From Candidatus Limnocylindrales bacterium (GTDB lineage: Bacteria; Chloroflexota; Limnocylindria; Limnocylindrales; CSP1-4), in contig DASXVG010000141.1 in the NCBI GenBank assembly GCA_036504355.1, positions 5,650 to 69,649 on the forward strand: 64,000 nt of DNA, written 5' to 3'. How positions within the stretch are numbered: position 1 is the stretch's first letter; every line of letters starts with the position of its first letter. The position numbers and the translations under genes are program-made. The notes under the pieces are model-generated. The model ran no database searches, was not told the DNA's origin, and saw only the letters and a list, made by a program, of their open reading frames with translations. Positions 18,365 through 28,244 of this stretch are shown here, in pieces.

Positions 18365-18817
18365 TCAGCGGGCGGTCGCCCGCCGGTACGCGAACCTGAC
18401 CCACGCCTCCGCTCGATCCAGCGCGTAGCGGTCGACCGTTGCCGGGGCGAACGTGATCCAGCCCGCGCCACGCGAGGACGGGGCCGTGTCGGGCGTCCGC
18501 AGCGCAGCCTTGAGGACGGTCGCGTCGAGCGCCGCCTCGAGGCCCTCGGAAGCGAGGACGGCGAACAGCGTGCCGTTCGCGGCGAACTCGACCGCCGGGC
18601 CTCCGCGTCGCCGGTCCACCCCGACGAGCTCCCCCACCACCGCCTCCACCCGCTCGTCGAGCGACTCGTCCACGGCGTCCGAGGCCACGGCCGCTCCGGC
18701 GGCAGCCTCATCCGGATCGAGCGGCTCCGAGTCGAGCGCGTCCAGCGCCGCCTCGTCAGCGGGATCGGCGTCGTCCGGGTCCGGGACGTGGCCGTTGGTT
18801 CCGGTAGGTCGTTGCAC
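18365..18817 (-). CDS. Hypothetical protein (acidic N-tail; possibly YjbR/TfoX-like fold)
   Basis: EFAANGTLFAVL...GWITF...AEAWVRFAYR pattern; start uncertain. Confidence 0.6.
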   Translation of the reverse strand: MQRPTGTNGHVPDPDDADPADEAALDALDSEPLDPDEAAAGAAVASDAVDESLDERVEAVVGELVGVDRRRGGPAVEFAANGTLFAVLASEGLEAALDATVLKAALRTPDTAPSSRGAGWITFAPATVDRYALDRAEAWVRFAYRRATAR

Positions 18818-18865
18818 TGCTGCTCTCCGTGATGGCCCGCGGACGGGCGGTGAGGCCGGGCCGCG

Positions 18866-19354
18866 TCAGCTGCGCGCAGCCTCGAGGATCGCGCCGAGCT
18901 GTCCCTGGTGGTCCTCGTAGTGTTCGATCGTCTCGCCGATGAAGAAGCTCATGTGCGTCGTGTGCTTGACCCAGCGGGACTCCGGGACGACCGTGAGGTA
19001 GCCGCGCATCTCGCCGGCCGCGGTCCGGAACCGCCGGCGGACCTCGGCGATCGGCAGTGCCCTGAAGCGGGCGATCGCCTCCGCGTTGATGCGGTCGCCG
19101 GCGTCGGGCGTGGCGTCCCACTCGGCGTTGAACCGGTCCATCGCGGGGCTGCGCTCGCCAACCGCCAGCTCCTTCGCGGCAGCGAGCGCGATCTCCTGGG
19201 CGTCGACGAGGTGCCCCATCAGGTCGCGGCCGCTCCAGCCGTCGGCCGCCTCGACGGGCGTGTCCAGCTGCTCGTCGGTGAGGGCGTCCAGCGCCTCGTA
19301 GGCGCGAAAGGCGTCGCGTTCGTCTTCGAGGAACGAGAGGGCGTCGAGATACAT
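18866..19354 (-). CDS. DinB/DfsB-like four-helix bundle protein
   Basis: GWSGRDLMGHL and C-terminal EHYEDH. Confidence 0.82.
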   Translation of the reverse strand: MYLDALSFLEDERDAFRAYEALDALTDEQLDTPVEAADGWSGRDLMGHLVDAQEIALAAAKELAVGERSPAMDRFNAEWDATPDAGDRINAEAIARFRALPIAEVRRRFRTAAGEMRGYLTVVPESRWVKHTTHMSFFIGETIEHYEDHQGQLGAILEAARS

Positions 19355-19442
19355 GCCGCCATCGTAGTCGCCCGCTTGCCGCATCGGCGTACGATCGGCG
19401 CACGGCTGGCTGTCGGCCGGCCCGCAATTGGGGAACGGCGCC

Positions 19443-19940
19443 ATGACGGACTTCGCGCGGATCGTTGGCGACTGGATGCAGCCGATGTTCAGCCCGCGGG
19501 AACCGAGGCTGGCGGAGTGGTTGCCCATCGCCGTGGCGACCGCGTACTGCCTCGCCATCGCGTTCCTCGTCCACCGGACCCTTGATGGATCCCTCGCCCG
19601 GAGCGAGGCTCGCTGGCGGCATCGCAGCCCCGCGATTCGAGCGCGACTGGGGCACGCGCGGAGTTGGCTCGTCATCGTTCGTCGGACGCCCGGATGGTGG
19701 GCGACGAGGATCGAGTTTGCCGCCGCGATCGCGGCGTTCGCGGCGCTCGCGGTCGTGCTCGGTGCGGCAACGGAGCCCAGCGTTGGCGAGACCGGTGCGC
19801 TGTCACCGCTGCCGGGACTCCTGTTGCCAGCGATCAGCGTCGCCGGAATGCTCGTCGGCCTGGCCTCGATGGTCCGCATCTACCGAGCGCCGCTGCGGCT
19901 CGACTCCAGGGCGTACTGGCGGTATCGCGACGGCGCGTGA
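19443..19940 (+). CDS. Hypothetical membrane protein
   Basis: Three hydrophobic segments; codon usage less typical. Confidence 0.5.
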   Translation: MTDFARIVGDWMQPMFSPREPRLAEWLPIAVATAYCLAIAFLVHRTLDGSLARSEARWRHRSPAIRARLGHARSWLVIVRRTPGWWATRIEFAAAIAAFAALAVVLGAATEPSVGETGALSPLPGLLLPAISVAGMLVGLASMVRIYRAPLRLDSRAYWRYRDGA

Positions 19941-19974
19941 CCCGCTGGGCCGGTCCGTGCGCTAGAGTCCGGCC

Positions 19975-20709
19975 GTGAGCGACGACCTCCCGATCCGCCT
20001 CCCGCCCGTGGACCCCGCCTCGGCCGACGAGGTGCCGGCTGCCTCCCTGTCTCCCGAGCTCCTCGCGGGGCTGCTCGCGGACGGCGACGACGAGCTCGCC
20101 GCCTGGACGCTCCGCCACGCCCTGACCGAGTCCACCCGCGTCGAGGTGTTCGACAGCCTCCTCCGCGATGCCATGACGCTCGTCGGCGAGCGCTGGGAGT
20201 CCGGGCGATGGACGGTCGCGGAGGAGCATCTCGCCTCGCGGACCCTGCTTCGGGCGCTGGAGCGGATCCGCCCCGAGCTGGGTCCCGAGCATCGGATCGG
20301 ACCGGTGGCGGTGCTCGCGGGGGTCGCCGGCGAGCAGCACATGATCGGCCTCGTCTGCCTGGAGCAGGTCCTCGCGGAGGCGGGCTGGACGGTGGCGAAC
20401 CTGGGCGCGGACCTCCCCGCCGGCGACCTCGGGACGTTCGTGAGCCGCAACGACGTGGCGCTCGTCGCGCTCAGCGCGTCGAACCCGGCACGCGTCGGTG
20501 AGCTGGCCGAGAGCATCCGCCGGGTGCGGATCGCCTCGAGCGGCCGCCAGGTTCCCGTCGTGGTGGGCGGGCGGATCGTGTCCCATCCCGGGGTCAGGGA
20601 CGCCGTCGAGGCCGACGCGCTTGCGGCCTCCGTGGCGGACGCGCTCGCATTCGCCCAGGCGCACCGCCCTGCGGAGACCGCCGACGGCGCACCCGAAGCC
20701 GCGGACTAG
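19975..20709 (+). CDS. Stand-alone cobalamin-binding protein, CarH/AerR type, with no DNA-binding domain
   Basis: W-x9-EH (RWESGRWTVAEEHLAS), GEQHMIG (ExH), NLGADLP, LSAS, VVVGG. Confidence 0.88.
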   Translation: MSDDLPIRLPPVDPASADEVPAASLSPELLAGLLADGDDELAAWTLRHALTESTRVEVFDSLLRDAMTLVGERWESGRWTVAEEHLASRTLLRALERIRPELGPEHRIGPVAVLAGVAGEQHMIGLVCLEQVLAEAGWTVANLGADLPAGDLGTFVSRNDVALVALSASNPARVGELAESIRRVRIASSGRQVPVVVGGRIVSHPGVRDAVEADALAASVADALAFAQAHRPAETADGAPEAAD

Positions 20710-20742
20710 ACCGAGCCCCGCCCAGCCGCCCGCCGAACCTGG

Positions 20743-22521
20743 CTAGACGGCGACCGGCTCCCGGTACTCGCCGAAGACCTCACGCAGCACCCGCGTCTGC
20801 TCGCCCAGCGTCGCGTAGCGCTCTGCGCAGCGGATGAAGTGCGGCATCAGGTTCGTCTCGCTCGTGCCCGGCCGGGCGGCAGCCTCGCGGAGCCCCTCGA
20901 GCGCAGCGGCGACGGCCGCGTTGTCGCGCTCGGCCCGTGTTCGCGCGAGCCGGGCGAGGTGCCGCTCCTCCGAGCCCGCCGGGACGGACAGGACGGGCAC
21001 GCGGATGGGCTCCGCGTTGGTGTAGCCGTTGACCCCGACGATGACCCGCTCGCCCGCGTCGAACTCGCGCTGGAAGCGGTAGGCGGCATCCGCGATCTCG
21101 CGCTGCGGGTAGCCCTCGGCGATCGCCCTGACCATCCCGCCGCGGCGGTCGATCTCGTCGAGATAGCGCCACACCTCGCGCTCCACCTTGTTCGTCAGCG
21201 CCTCCACGAACCACGACCCTCCCAGCGGATCGACCGTGGACGCCACGCCCGTCTCCTCGAGCATGACCTGCTGCTGGCGGAGGGCGAGCAGCGCGGCCTC
21301 GGCCGTGGGCACGGCGAGCGCCTCGTCGTAGGCATCGGTATGGAGGCTCTGCGTCCCGCCGAGGATCGCGGCCAGCGCCTGCGTCGCGACACGGGTGAGG
21401 TTGTTGAGCGGCTGCTGCGGCGTGAGCGAGACGCCCGCGGTCTGGGTGTGGAAGCGCATCCACGTCGAGCGCTCGTTCTCGGCCCGGTAGCGCTCGCTCA
21501 TGAGCTTCCACCAGATCCGGCGCGACGCACGGAACTTCGCGATCTCCTCGAAGAAGTCGGAGTGGCTGTTGAAGAAGAACGACAGCCGCGGCGCGAACTC
21601 GTCCACGCGCAGGCCGCGGGCCATCGCCGCCTCGACGTAGGCCATCCCGTCCGCGATCGTGAACGCCAGCTCCTGGACCGCGGTCGAGCCCGCTTCGCGG
21701 ATGTGATAGCCGCTGATCGAGACGGTGTTCCAGCGGGGCAGCTCGCGTGTGCCGAACTCGATCGTGTCCACCACCAGCCGCATCGACGGGTCCGGCGGGT
21801 ACAGGAACTCCTTCTGCGCGACGTACTCCTTGAGGATGTCGTTCTGGGTGGTTCCCTCGAGCGCGGCGCGCGGGACACCCGTCTTCTCCGCGGCGACGAT
21901 GTACATCGCCCAGATCGGCGCGGCCGGGGCGTTGATCGTCATCGACGTGCTGACGCGGTCGAGCGGCAGCCCGGCGAGGAGCAGCTCCATGTCCGCGAGG
22001 CTGCTGACCGCCACGCCGCAGGTGCCGAACTCGCCCTCGGCCTCGGCGTCGTCGGTGTCGTAGCCGTACAGCGTGGGCATGTCGTAGGCGATCGAGAGGC
22101 CGGTCTGCCCGGCGTCGAGGAGCTGGCGGAAGCGGGCGTTCGTGTCCTCGGCGCTGCCGAAGCCCGCGAACATGCGCATGGTCCACGGTCGCGAGCGATA
22201 GCCCGTGGGGTGGACGCCGCGCGTGAACGGCGGCTCGCCGGGCAGGCCGACGTCGCGCGCCGGGTCGAAGTCCGCGTACCGGCCGGCGCCGTCGCGCAGC
22301 GGCTCGCCGTGCTGGTCGACCGCGGTCGGGCCGCCGGGGCCCGCGGGCTCCGGCCCGTCGGCGCGCTCCCAGTCCCACGGGCCGTAAAGGCCGTCGATGG
22401 GGAGGTCGCCGAGCGTGCTGAACTGCGGGCGTCGCTCGGGGAGTCGCTCGAGCGAGGGCGCGTGGCGCTCGATCCGCCAGGCCTGCCGCCGCGGGCCCCA
22501 GGCGTCGGGACGGTCGCTCAT
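20743..22521 (-). CDS. B12-dependent acyl-CoA mutase large subunit, isobutyryl-CoA mutase-like
   Basis: [53 protein letters not shown]. Confidence 0.95.
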   Translation of the reverse strand: MSDRPDAWGPRRQAWRIERHAPSLERLPERRPQFSTLGDLPIDGLYGPWDWERADGPEPAGPGGPTAVDQHGEPLRDGAGRYADFDPARDVGLPGEPPFTRGVHPTGYRSRPWTMRMFAGFGSAEDTNARFRQLLDAGQTGLSIAYDMPTLYGYDTDDAEAEGEFGTCGVAVSSLADMELLLAGLPLDRVSTSMTINAPAAPIWAMYIVAAEKTGVPRAALEGTTQNDILKEYVAQKEFLYPPDPSMRLVVDTIEFGTRELPRWNTVSISGYHIREAGSTAVQELAFTIADGMAYVEAAMARGLRVDEFAPRLSFFFNSHSDFFEEIAKFRASRRIWWKLMSERYRAENERSTWMRFHTQTAGVSLTPQQPLNNLTRVATQALAAILGGTQSLHTDAYDEALAVPTAEAALLALRQQQVMLEETGVASTVDPLGGSWFVEALTNKVEREVWRYLDEIDRRGGMVRAIAEGYPQREIADAAYRFQREFDAGERVIVGVNGYTNAEPIRVPVLSVPAGSEERHLARLARTRAERDNAAVAAALEGLREAAARPGTSETNLMPHFIRCAERYATLGEQTRVLREVFGEYREPVAV

Positions 22522-22589
22522 GGCGCCGACTCTAGCACCTGCATCCGAGCGGACCCACGCTCCGGTACGCCGGCTCGAGCGCCGTCGTG

Positions 22590-23207
22590 CTACGGCGCCG
22601 CGAACGTCTCGAGCGCCGCCGCAACCGCCGCGTCACCCAGGTCAGCGGCGAGCAGGACGTTGACCCGGCCGGCCGCGTCGGGTGCCGGCCACGTGACGAT
22701 GGTCTGCGCGGAACCGTCGCTGCCGAGCACGTCGAGGCGCTTCGCTGCGCCGCCCCGGACCGTCGCGTCCGACACCTGGAGCTTCTCGGTCCGGCGGGCC
22801 GTTCGCGCCCCATCCTCGTAGAACGCCAGGAGGTTTGCCGCATCGAGGCCGTCACCCTCGAACACGGCCACCGTGAGGCCCGACGTGCCACCGAGCGCCC
22901 ACGTCGCGCCCGCGAAGCGGACGCCATCCACGACCGCGCCCGCGAGGTTCCCGAGCGCCGACGGCGTGCAGTTCCGGCCCGAGTCGACGCTGGTGGGAGG
23001 CTGGCCCTCGTACGCCGCCGGCAGGAGCGCCTCGAGGTCGGGGTACGCACCCGGGTAACGGCCGTCGGTGGTGCACGCGCTCGCCGGGTCGAAGCTGGCG
23101 ACGGGGGTCGCTCGGCTGCAACCGGTGACGAGCAGCGCCGTGGCGAGCGCCGCGACGACGACGATGTTGGCGCCCGCGCGGGCGCCGCTTGACGGGTTCC
23201 GGGACAT
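22590..23207 (-). CDS. Putative lipoprotein
   Basis: Signal peptide with lipobox LLVTGC; two further Cys. Confidence 0.75.
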   Translation of the reverse strand: MSRNPSSGARAGANIVVVAALATALLVTGCSRATPVASFDPASACTTDGRYPGAYPDLEALLPAAYEGQPPTSVDSGRNCTPSALGNLAGAVVDGVRFAGATWALGGTSGLTVAVFEGDGLDAANLLAFYEDGARTARRTEKLQVSDATVRGGAAKRLDVLGSDGSAQTIVTWPAPDAAGRVNVLLAADLGDAAVAAALETFAAP

Positions 23208-23655
23208 GGAACCAGCGTACCGGGAGCCGCCGCACGGTGACGCCGCCGCTGCCGGCGCCGGGCAATCCACGCCGGGACGATGGTCGCAGCCAGGTCGTGG
23301 CCCGATGGTCCGGGCGGTGCCAGGTCGCGCCTGACCATCGCCCACGGTGTGCCCCTGACCCGCGGCCCATTGCCATCCGGGCGGGACGCTCGTACGTTGA
23401 GCCTCGCGTTCGCACGCACCGATCCCGCGACACACCGGGGGACACCTGGGGCGTCGGCCACGGATCATCGGACAGGACGACCCGACCGTCGGGGACGCTC
23501 GACGAGCACGGGGGAACCGGGTTCGCGATCACGAGCCGAGTAACCACGGAGATCCGGCCAGCAGGCCCGAGTCGCGGGTCGGTAGCACTGATCGGGCTTC
23601 ATCCGTGCCTCCGGCGTATCGCCGGGGGCACGTTCATGTGCGCCTCGGGCGGCCC

Positions 23656-24465
23656 CTAGCGGAACGGATTGGACTGCCAGCCGGGTCGCGCCGGCCGGCT
23701 CGTGCGCACGATCCCCTGGCGATCCAGCTCCGCGCGGATGACCCGCGCCGCCAGCGCCAGCTCCGGGTCCCGGGTCACCGTCCCGGCGAGCCAGTCGATG
23801 TACGACGGCTCGAACGCCGCGATCTCTCCCAGCGTATGGCCGTGGAACTTGCCGAAGTCCAGCTCCAGCACGAGCGCGTCGTCGAGTGCGGGCGCCACCG
23901 GCGGCACATAGCTGGGGTCGCGCCGGATCTCCATCGGCCCGGACGGCTGCGACGCCCGGAGCTCAGGCTGCGAGCGACCCCAGCGGAGCGGTGGCTGGCC
24001 GGTCAGCGGGATCCGGGTCCCCGGCGGCGTGACGGTCTGGTTGCGCGGACGGACGTTCCCGGACAGGTCCAGTCGCCCCGTGACCGGCGTCGTCCGGGGT
24101 GGCGGAGGCGGTCCGCCCCGGCGCCCGTCACGCGTCCCCGCGGTGCCGGATCCCGTGTACGCGCGCTGCCCCCGACCGCCCGCATCCTCCTGCCCGAACC
24201 CGGCGCCGCCGCGGGTGCTTCGGCCCGAGCCCGACCTGCCATCGGCTCGGCGCTGGCCCTCGATCGTCTCGCCGGCGCGCGTGAGCGCCGCGTAGGCGGC
24301 GTTGATCTCGGCCATCCGGCGGGTCGCGCGGCGCGCGCTCTCCGGATCGTCACCGGTCAGGTCCGGGTGATGCCGGCGTGCGAGCGCCCGCCAGGCGGCC
24401 TTGATGTCGTCAGGGGATGCGCCGTGATCGATGCCGAGCACGGCGTGCGGGTCCTTTGCAGGCAC
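23656..24465 (-). CDS. J-domain protein with C-terminal FGK-motif (DUF3820/ExoX-C-like) domain
   Basis: DPHAVLGI..IKAAWRALARRHHPD...MAEINAAYAAL; LDFGKFHGHTLGEIAAFEPSYIDWL. Confidence 0.85.
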   Translation of the reverse strand: MPAKDPHAVLGIDHGASPDDIKAAWRALARRHHPDLTGDDPESARRATRRMAEINAAYAALTRAGETIEGQRRADGRSGSGRSTRGGAGFGQEDAGGRGQRAYTGSGTAGTRDGRRGGPPPPPRTTPVTGRLDLSGNVRPRNQTVTPPGTRIPLTGQPPLRWGRSQPELRASQPSGPMEIRRDPSYVPPVAPALDDALVLELDFGKFHGHTLGEIAAFEPSYIDWLAGTVTRDPELALAARVIRAELDRQGIVRTSRPARPGWQSNPFR

Positions 24466-24512
24466 GACCCGAGTGTAGCCCGGGCACCACGCTTGACATC
24501 CCCACGGGCCCG

Positions 24513-25676
24513 ATGTCACCTAGTGCCGTGACCCCCATCCACCGCGCCCGCCGCGCCGGCATCATCGCGGCGCTCGCCGCACTGCCGTTCGCCGCGGCGT
24601 ACCGGTTCGCGCTCGTCTACCGGATCAGGGCCGGCTACCCGAAGCGGCATCCACCGGCGTGGGAGCCGGACGCCGTCGGCCTCGCCTGGGACGCATTCGA
24701 GATCGCGACCAGCGACGGGGTGCGCCTCCAGGCGTGGTTCATGCCCGCGGGCCCGGACCCGGCCCCGGGCGTCGTGCTGATCCACGGCTGGGAGTCGTCG
24801 CGCGACCGGACGCTTCCCCACGCGCAGGTGCTCCACGCGATCGGCATGCACGTCCTCACGATCGACGTCCGCGGTCACGGCGCCAACGCCGCGGAGGTGC
24901 TCCCGATGTCGGTCGGCGAGTACGCGCTCGACACCCGGGCGGCCGTCGCCGCGCTGCGGGCCCGCCCCGAGGTCACCACCATCGGCATCCTGGGTCATTC
25001 GATGGGCGCGGCCGGGTCACTCGTGGCGACGGCGCAGGACCCGGACGTGGACGCGGTCATCGCGGTCGCCGCGCCCGCGGACCCGCACCGGCTCACCCGG
25101 CAGACGTTCCGCCTCGCGAAGCTGCCGATCCCCGACCTCCTCGCGTGGCCGCTCGCCTGGCTCACGACCCGCGTCTATCTCCGGCCGCGGGGCCACTCGG
25201 TCGCCTCGATCAGCGCGACGCACGCGGTCCGAGCGATCCGCGTCCCGGTGATGCTCGTGCACGGGACGGAGGACGGCGTCGTCCCGGTGACGGACCTCGC
25301 CCGGCTCGCCGCGGCTCGACGCGCGGCCCGTCCCGAGGCGGTGACCGAGACGCTCACCGTCAAGGGCGGACGCCACTCGTGGCTGTACGAGTTCCCCGAG
25401 TACCGCGCGGCGATCGGGCGCTTCCTCGCCCGCGAGCTCGGCGGGCCGCTCTCACCCGACGAGGCTGCCCGCGTCGCCGAGGCGGTGCCGTCCGTCCGCC
25501 TCCCCGACCCCGAGCGGCTGGTCACCCTCGACGAGGAGCCCGGTGGCCTGCGCTCCCTGTCGCGGATCGTGCGGCGCAACGAGACCACGGCCCGGCCGAC
25601 CGTCAACCCCGAACCGTCCGATCGCCCGGCCGGCCCACCCATCCCCGTCCTGTCCACGGAGACCGTCGACCGATGA
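24513..25676 (+). CDS. Alpha/beta hydrolase, N-terminally anchored
   Basis: LIHGW, DVRGHG, GHSMG (GxSxG), HGTEDGVVP, GGRHS. Confidence 0.9.
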   Translation: MSPSAVTPIHRARRAGIIAALAALPFAAAYRFALVYRIRAGYPKRHPPAWEPDAVGLAWDAFEIATSDGVRLQAWFMPAGPDPAPGVVLIHGWESSRDRTLPHAQVLHAIGMHVLTIDVRGHGANAAEVLPMSVGEYALDTRAAVAALRARPEVTTIGILGHSMGAAGSLVATAQDPDVDAVIAVAAPADPHRLTRQTFRLAKLPIPDLLAWPLAWLTTRVYLRPRGHSVASISATHAVRAIRVPVMLVHGTEDGVVPVTDLARLAAARRAARPEAVTETLTVKGGRHSWLYEFPEYRAAIGRFLARELGGPLSPDEAARVAEAVPSVRLPDPERLVTLDEEPGGLRSLSRIVRRNETTARPTVNPEPSDRPAGPPIPVLSTETVDR

Positions 25677-26215
25677 GCACCGCCTGGGGCGCCATCCGCA
25701 CGAAGCGCGCCGTTCGCGAGTTCGCCGATCGCCCGATCATGCAGGCCGACCTCGACCGGATCCTCGAGGCCGGGCGCCGGGCCCACAGCTCGAAGAACCA
25801 GCAGCGCTGGGCGTTCATCGTCGTGCGCGAGCGGGAGCGCCTCCGGGCGATGTCGGCGCTCGGCCCGTACTGCGGGCACATCGCCGGTGCGGCAGCCGCG
25901 GTCGCGCTCGTGACGCCAGACCCGGCAGGGCCGGGCCGGCCACTGTCGATCATGTGGGATCTCGGTGGCGCGGCCGCCCAGATGATGGTCGTCGGCTGGG
26001 AGCTGGGCATCGGGTCGTGCCCCGCGACGATCTACGAGCAGGACGCGGCACGCGATCTCCTCGGCTACCCGGCGGACATGCGCTGCGAGTACGTGCTCTC
26101 GTTCGGCTACCCGGCTGACCCCGCGATCCTCACGGCGCCGCTCCGCCCCGGGAGCCGGCGCCCGCAGGACGAGCTCGTGCACGAGAAGAGCTGGGACGGC
26201 GCGGGTCCGTCCTGA
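25673..26215 (+). CDS. Nitroreductase family protein
   Basis: IRTKRAVREF, AHSSKNQQRWAF, AWELGIGSC-like segment, LSFGYP. Confidence 0.92.
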   Translation: MSTAWGAIRTKRAVREFADRPIMQADLDRILEAGRRAHSSKNQQRWAFIVVRERERLRAMSALGPYCGHIAGAAAAVALVTPDPAGPGRPLSIMWDLGGAAAQMMVVGWELGIGSCPATIYEQDAARDLLGYPADMRCEYVLSFGYPADPAILTAPLRPGSRRPQDELVHEKSWDGAGPS

Positions 26216-26492
26216 TCGCGATTCGCTGGTGAGCGGGCGCACCGGCTCATGCGACGGGCGTCGTCCAGCGAACGGCAGCGGTGCCTCTAACCCGCCCGCG
26301 CCGGGCCCATCGGCGGACGATCAGCGAAGGCAGATGTTCCATCCCAGCTCGGTCAGCGTGCGTGCGGGCGCTGCTGCCGGAGTCATCCTGCGGCCGCCCT
26401 CGCTGCTCGCCGGAACGCTGATCTCCGTCGAGGACGTCAACTGACGAGACCACGGTCGTGCCACCGATGACCAACGGGACGCGGTCTTTCCC

Positions 26493-27770
26493 CTAGCTCG
26501 TCCCCCCGCCTGCCCAGTCGAGGTCGTCGGCCTCGACGTCCAGTGCGTCGAGCGCGGTCTCGGTGTCCGGGTCCCGGCGCTCCGGGGCCGGTGCGCCCTC
26601 CGCGACATACGACTCGATGGCGGTCGCGAGGCCCACGTCGCGGCCCGCCTGCTCGGACAGCAGCCACTTGTGCTCCAGCACGTCGCAGTACGCCTGGACC
26701 AGGTCTCGATCCGGGCCCACGAGCCCGGCGATCTGGCGCTGGGTCGGCCGATAGACCTCGCGCAGCCAGCGGTCCCCGGCCTCGGCGGGGTCGACCGCGT
26801 GGCCCTCGTAGTACTCGAGCCACGCCGAGTACTCCCCGAGGTCGTTGAGCAGGATCCGCGCCTGGCCTTCGAGCGTCCGGAGCCTCGTCCGTCGCTCCAG
26901 CTCGTTCGCGTGGTAGCGGCGGGTCGTGACCGACGTCCGCAGCCGCACGGACCCCGCCGGTCCGACCGGGTCCACCTCGAGGTCCACGGAGAAGCCGAGG
27001 TCGTTGAGGCGGCGCAGCCGCGCGCGGATCGCCTGGCGGTCGCCCGGGATGAGCTCGGGCTGGCCGTAGAGCTCGTCCCAGACGGCCTCGTACCGTGCCC
27101 TGACCCACTCCGCCGCGGCGATCGAATCGTCGACCTCGTCGTCGCGACCCTGGTAGGCGGCGAGGTCGGCCAGACCAAACGCGACGTTCTCCACGAGGAT
27201 GTCGAGGTCGAAGGCACGCTGCCCGTCGGACAGCGACACGTGGACCTCCGACGTCTCGGCATCCACGAGGTAGGCCTGGATCCTGTCGCCGTCCCGCCGG
27301 AACAGCGTGTTGGCGAGCGAGCAGTCGCCCCAGTACACGCCGCCGCGGTGGAGGTCGACGAGCAGCAGCGACATCGCGTCGAGCAGGCGGTCGCGGTACG
27401 CCGGGGAGACCTGCCGGAAGCGCATCAGGAGCCGCCGGTACTGCATCGAGTGGCGCAGGTACTCGGTCACGAGGATCGCGTCGCCGCGCGCGGGTCGGGC
27501 CGCGAGCCCCAGGGCGCGGACGGCGGGAAGGCCCGCGTCCTCGAGATGGCGGAGGACGTCGAACTCGGTCTCCGCGACGCCGATCGGCAGCTCCTTGAGC
27601 GCGTACACGACGCCGCCCACCAGGAGGAACCGGACGAGGTGGCGCGACGGCCCGACGGGCAGCTCGTGAAACGCGTGGCCGGTCGAGTCCCAGGTCTTCA
27701 GCGGCTGTTCCCAGGGGAGGTCGAGGAGTCCCGCCACCTCGTCGCGGAGCCGGAGCCTGGGGAAGGTCAC
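26493..27770 (-). CDS. DUF4032 domain / LPS-kinase-like protein
   Basis: LVDLHRGGVYWGDCSLANTLFRRD, AYLVDAET, DVLEHKWLLSE. Confidence 0.88.
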   Translation of the reverse strand: MTFPRLRLRDEVAGLLDLPWEQPLKTWDSTGHAFHELPVGPSRHLVRFLLVGGVVYALKELPIGVAETEFDVLRHLEDAGLPAVRALGLAARPARGDAILVTEYLRHSMQYRRLLMRFRQVSPAYRDRLLDAMSLLLVDLHRGGVYWGDCSLANTLFRRDGDRIQAYLVDAETSEVHVSLSDGQRAFDLDILVENVAFGLADLAAYQGRDDEVDDSIAAAEWVRARYEAVWDELYGQPELIPGDRQAIRARLRRLNDLGFSVDLEVDPVGPAGSVRLRTSVTTRRYHANELERRTRLRTLEGQARILLNDLGEYSAWLEYYEGHAVDPAEAGDRWLREVYRPTQRQIAGLVGPDRDLVQAYCDVLEHKWLLSEQAGRDVGLATAIESYVAEGAPAPERRDPDTETALDALDVEADDLDWAGGGTS

Positions 27771-27803
27771 GGTGGGTGCCGATGCGCGGGACGCGCGGTG
27801 GAC

Positions 27804-28244
27804 TCAGGCGCGCTTGCGCAGGTAGGTCGTGACGGTGGCGTCGTAGCCGACGGACTCGAACAGCTGTCGAGCGTCGGGGCGGTGGTGCCCGGCGGTCACC
27901 TCGAGGAAGGCGTCGCCCTCCTCGCGCGCGACCCGCTCGACGTCGGCCAGGAGCGCCTTCGCGATGCCGCGCTCGCGCGCGCCCGGATCGACCACGACGG
28001 TCACGACCCGGATGAACCAGCCATCGGACTCGAAGCGCGGCACGCGGTGATACGCCACGAAGCCGAGCGCCTCGCCGGCCTGCTCTGCCACGAGGACGCC
28101 TGACGTGGGCGCCGTGAACCGCTCGATCCGGCGCGCGAGGTCGCTTGGGCCGGCCGGGTAGCCCTCGTCCGTGAGGAGGGCGGCGAGCCGGTCCGCGTCC
28201 GCCGCGGTTGCCGAGCGGATCGTGAGGTGTCCTGTGTCGCTCAT
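27804..28244 (-). CDS. GNAT family N-acetyltransferase
   Basis: IRSATAAD, VVVDPGARERGIAKALL. Confidence 0.9.
   Translation of the reverse strand: MSDTGHLTIRSATAADADRLAALLTDEGYPAGPSDLARRIERFTAPTSGVLVAEQAGEALGFVAYHRVPRFESDGWFIRVVTVVVDPGARERGIAKALLADVERVAREEGDAFLEVTAGHHRPDARQLFESVGYDATVTTYLRKRA

Noticed and set aside
23208-23655. RNase P, tmRNA, SRP or cobalamin riboswitch
   Set aside because: The hallmark motifs (GAGGAAAGTCC, tRNA-like ends, GNRA SRP loop, B12 box) are not visible on either strand.
26229-26490. Short ORFs on both strands between the nitroreductase and DUF4032 genes
   Set aside because: No recognisable motif; the 36-aa plus-strand MFHPSS...EDVN is possible but unsupported.
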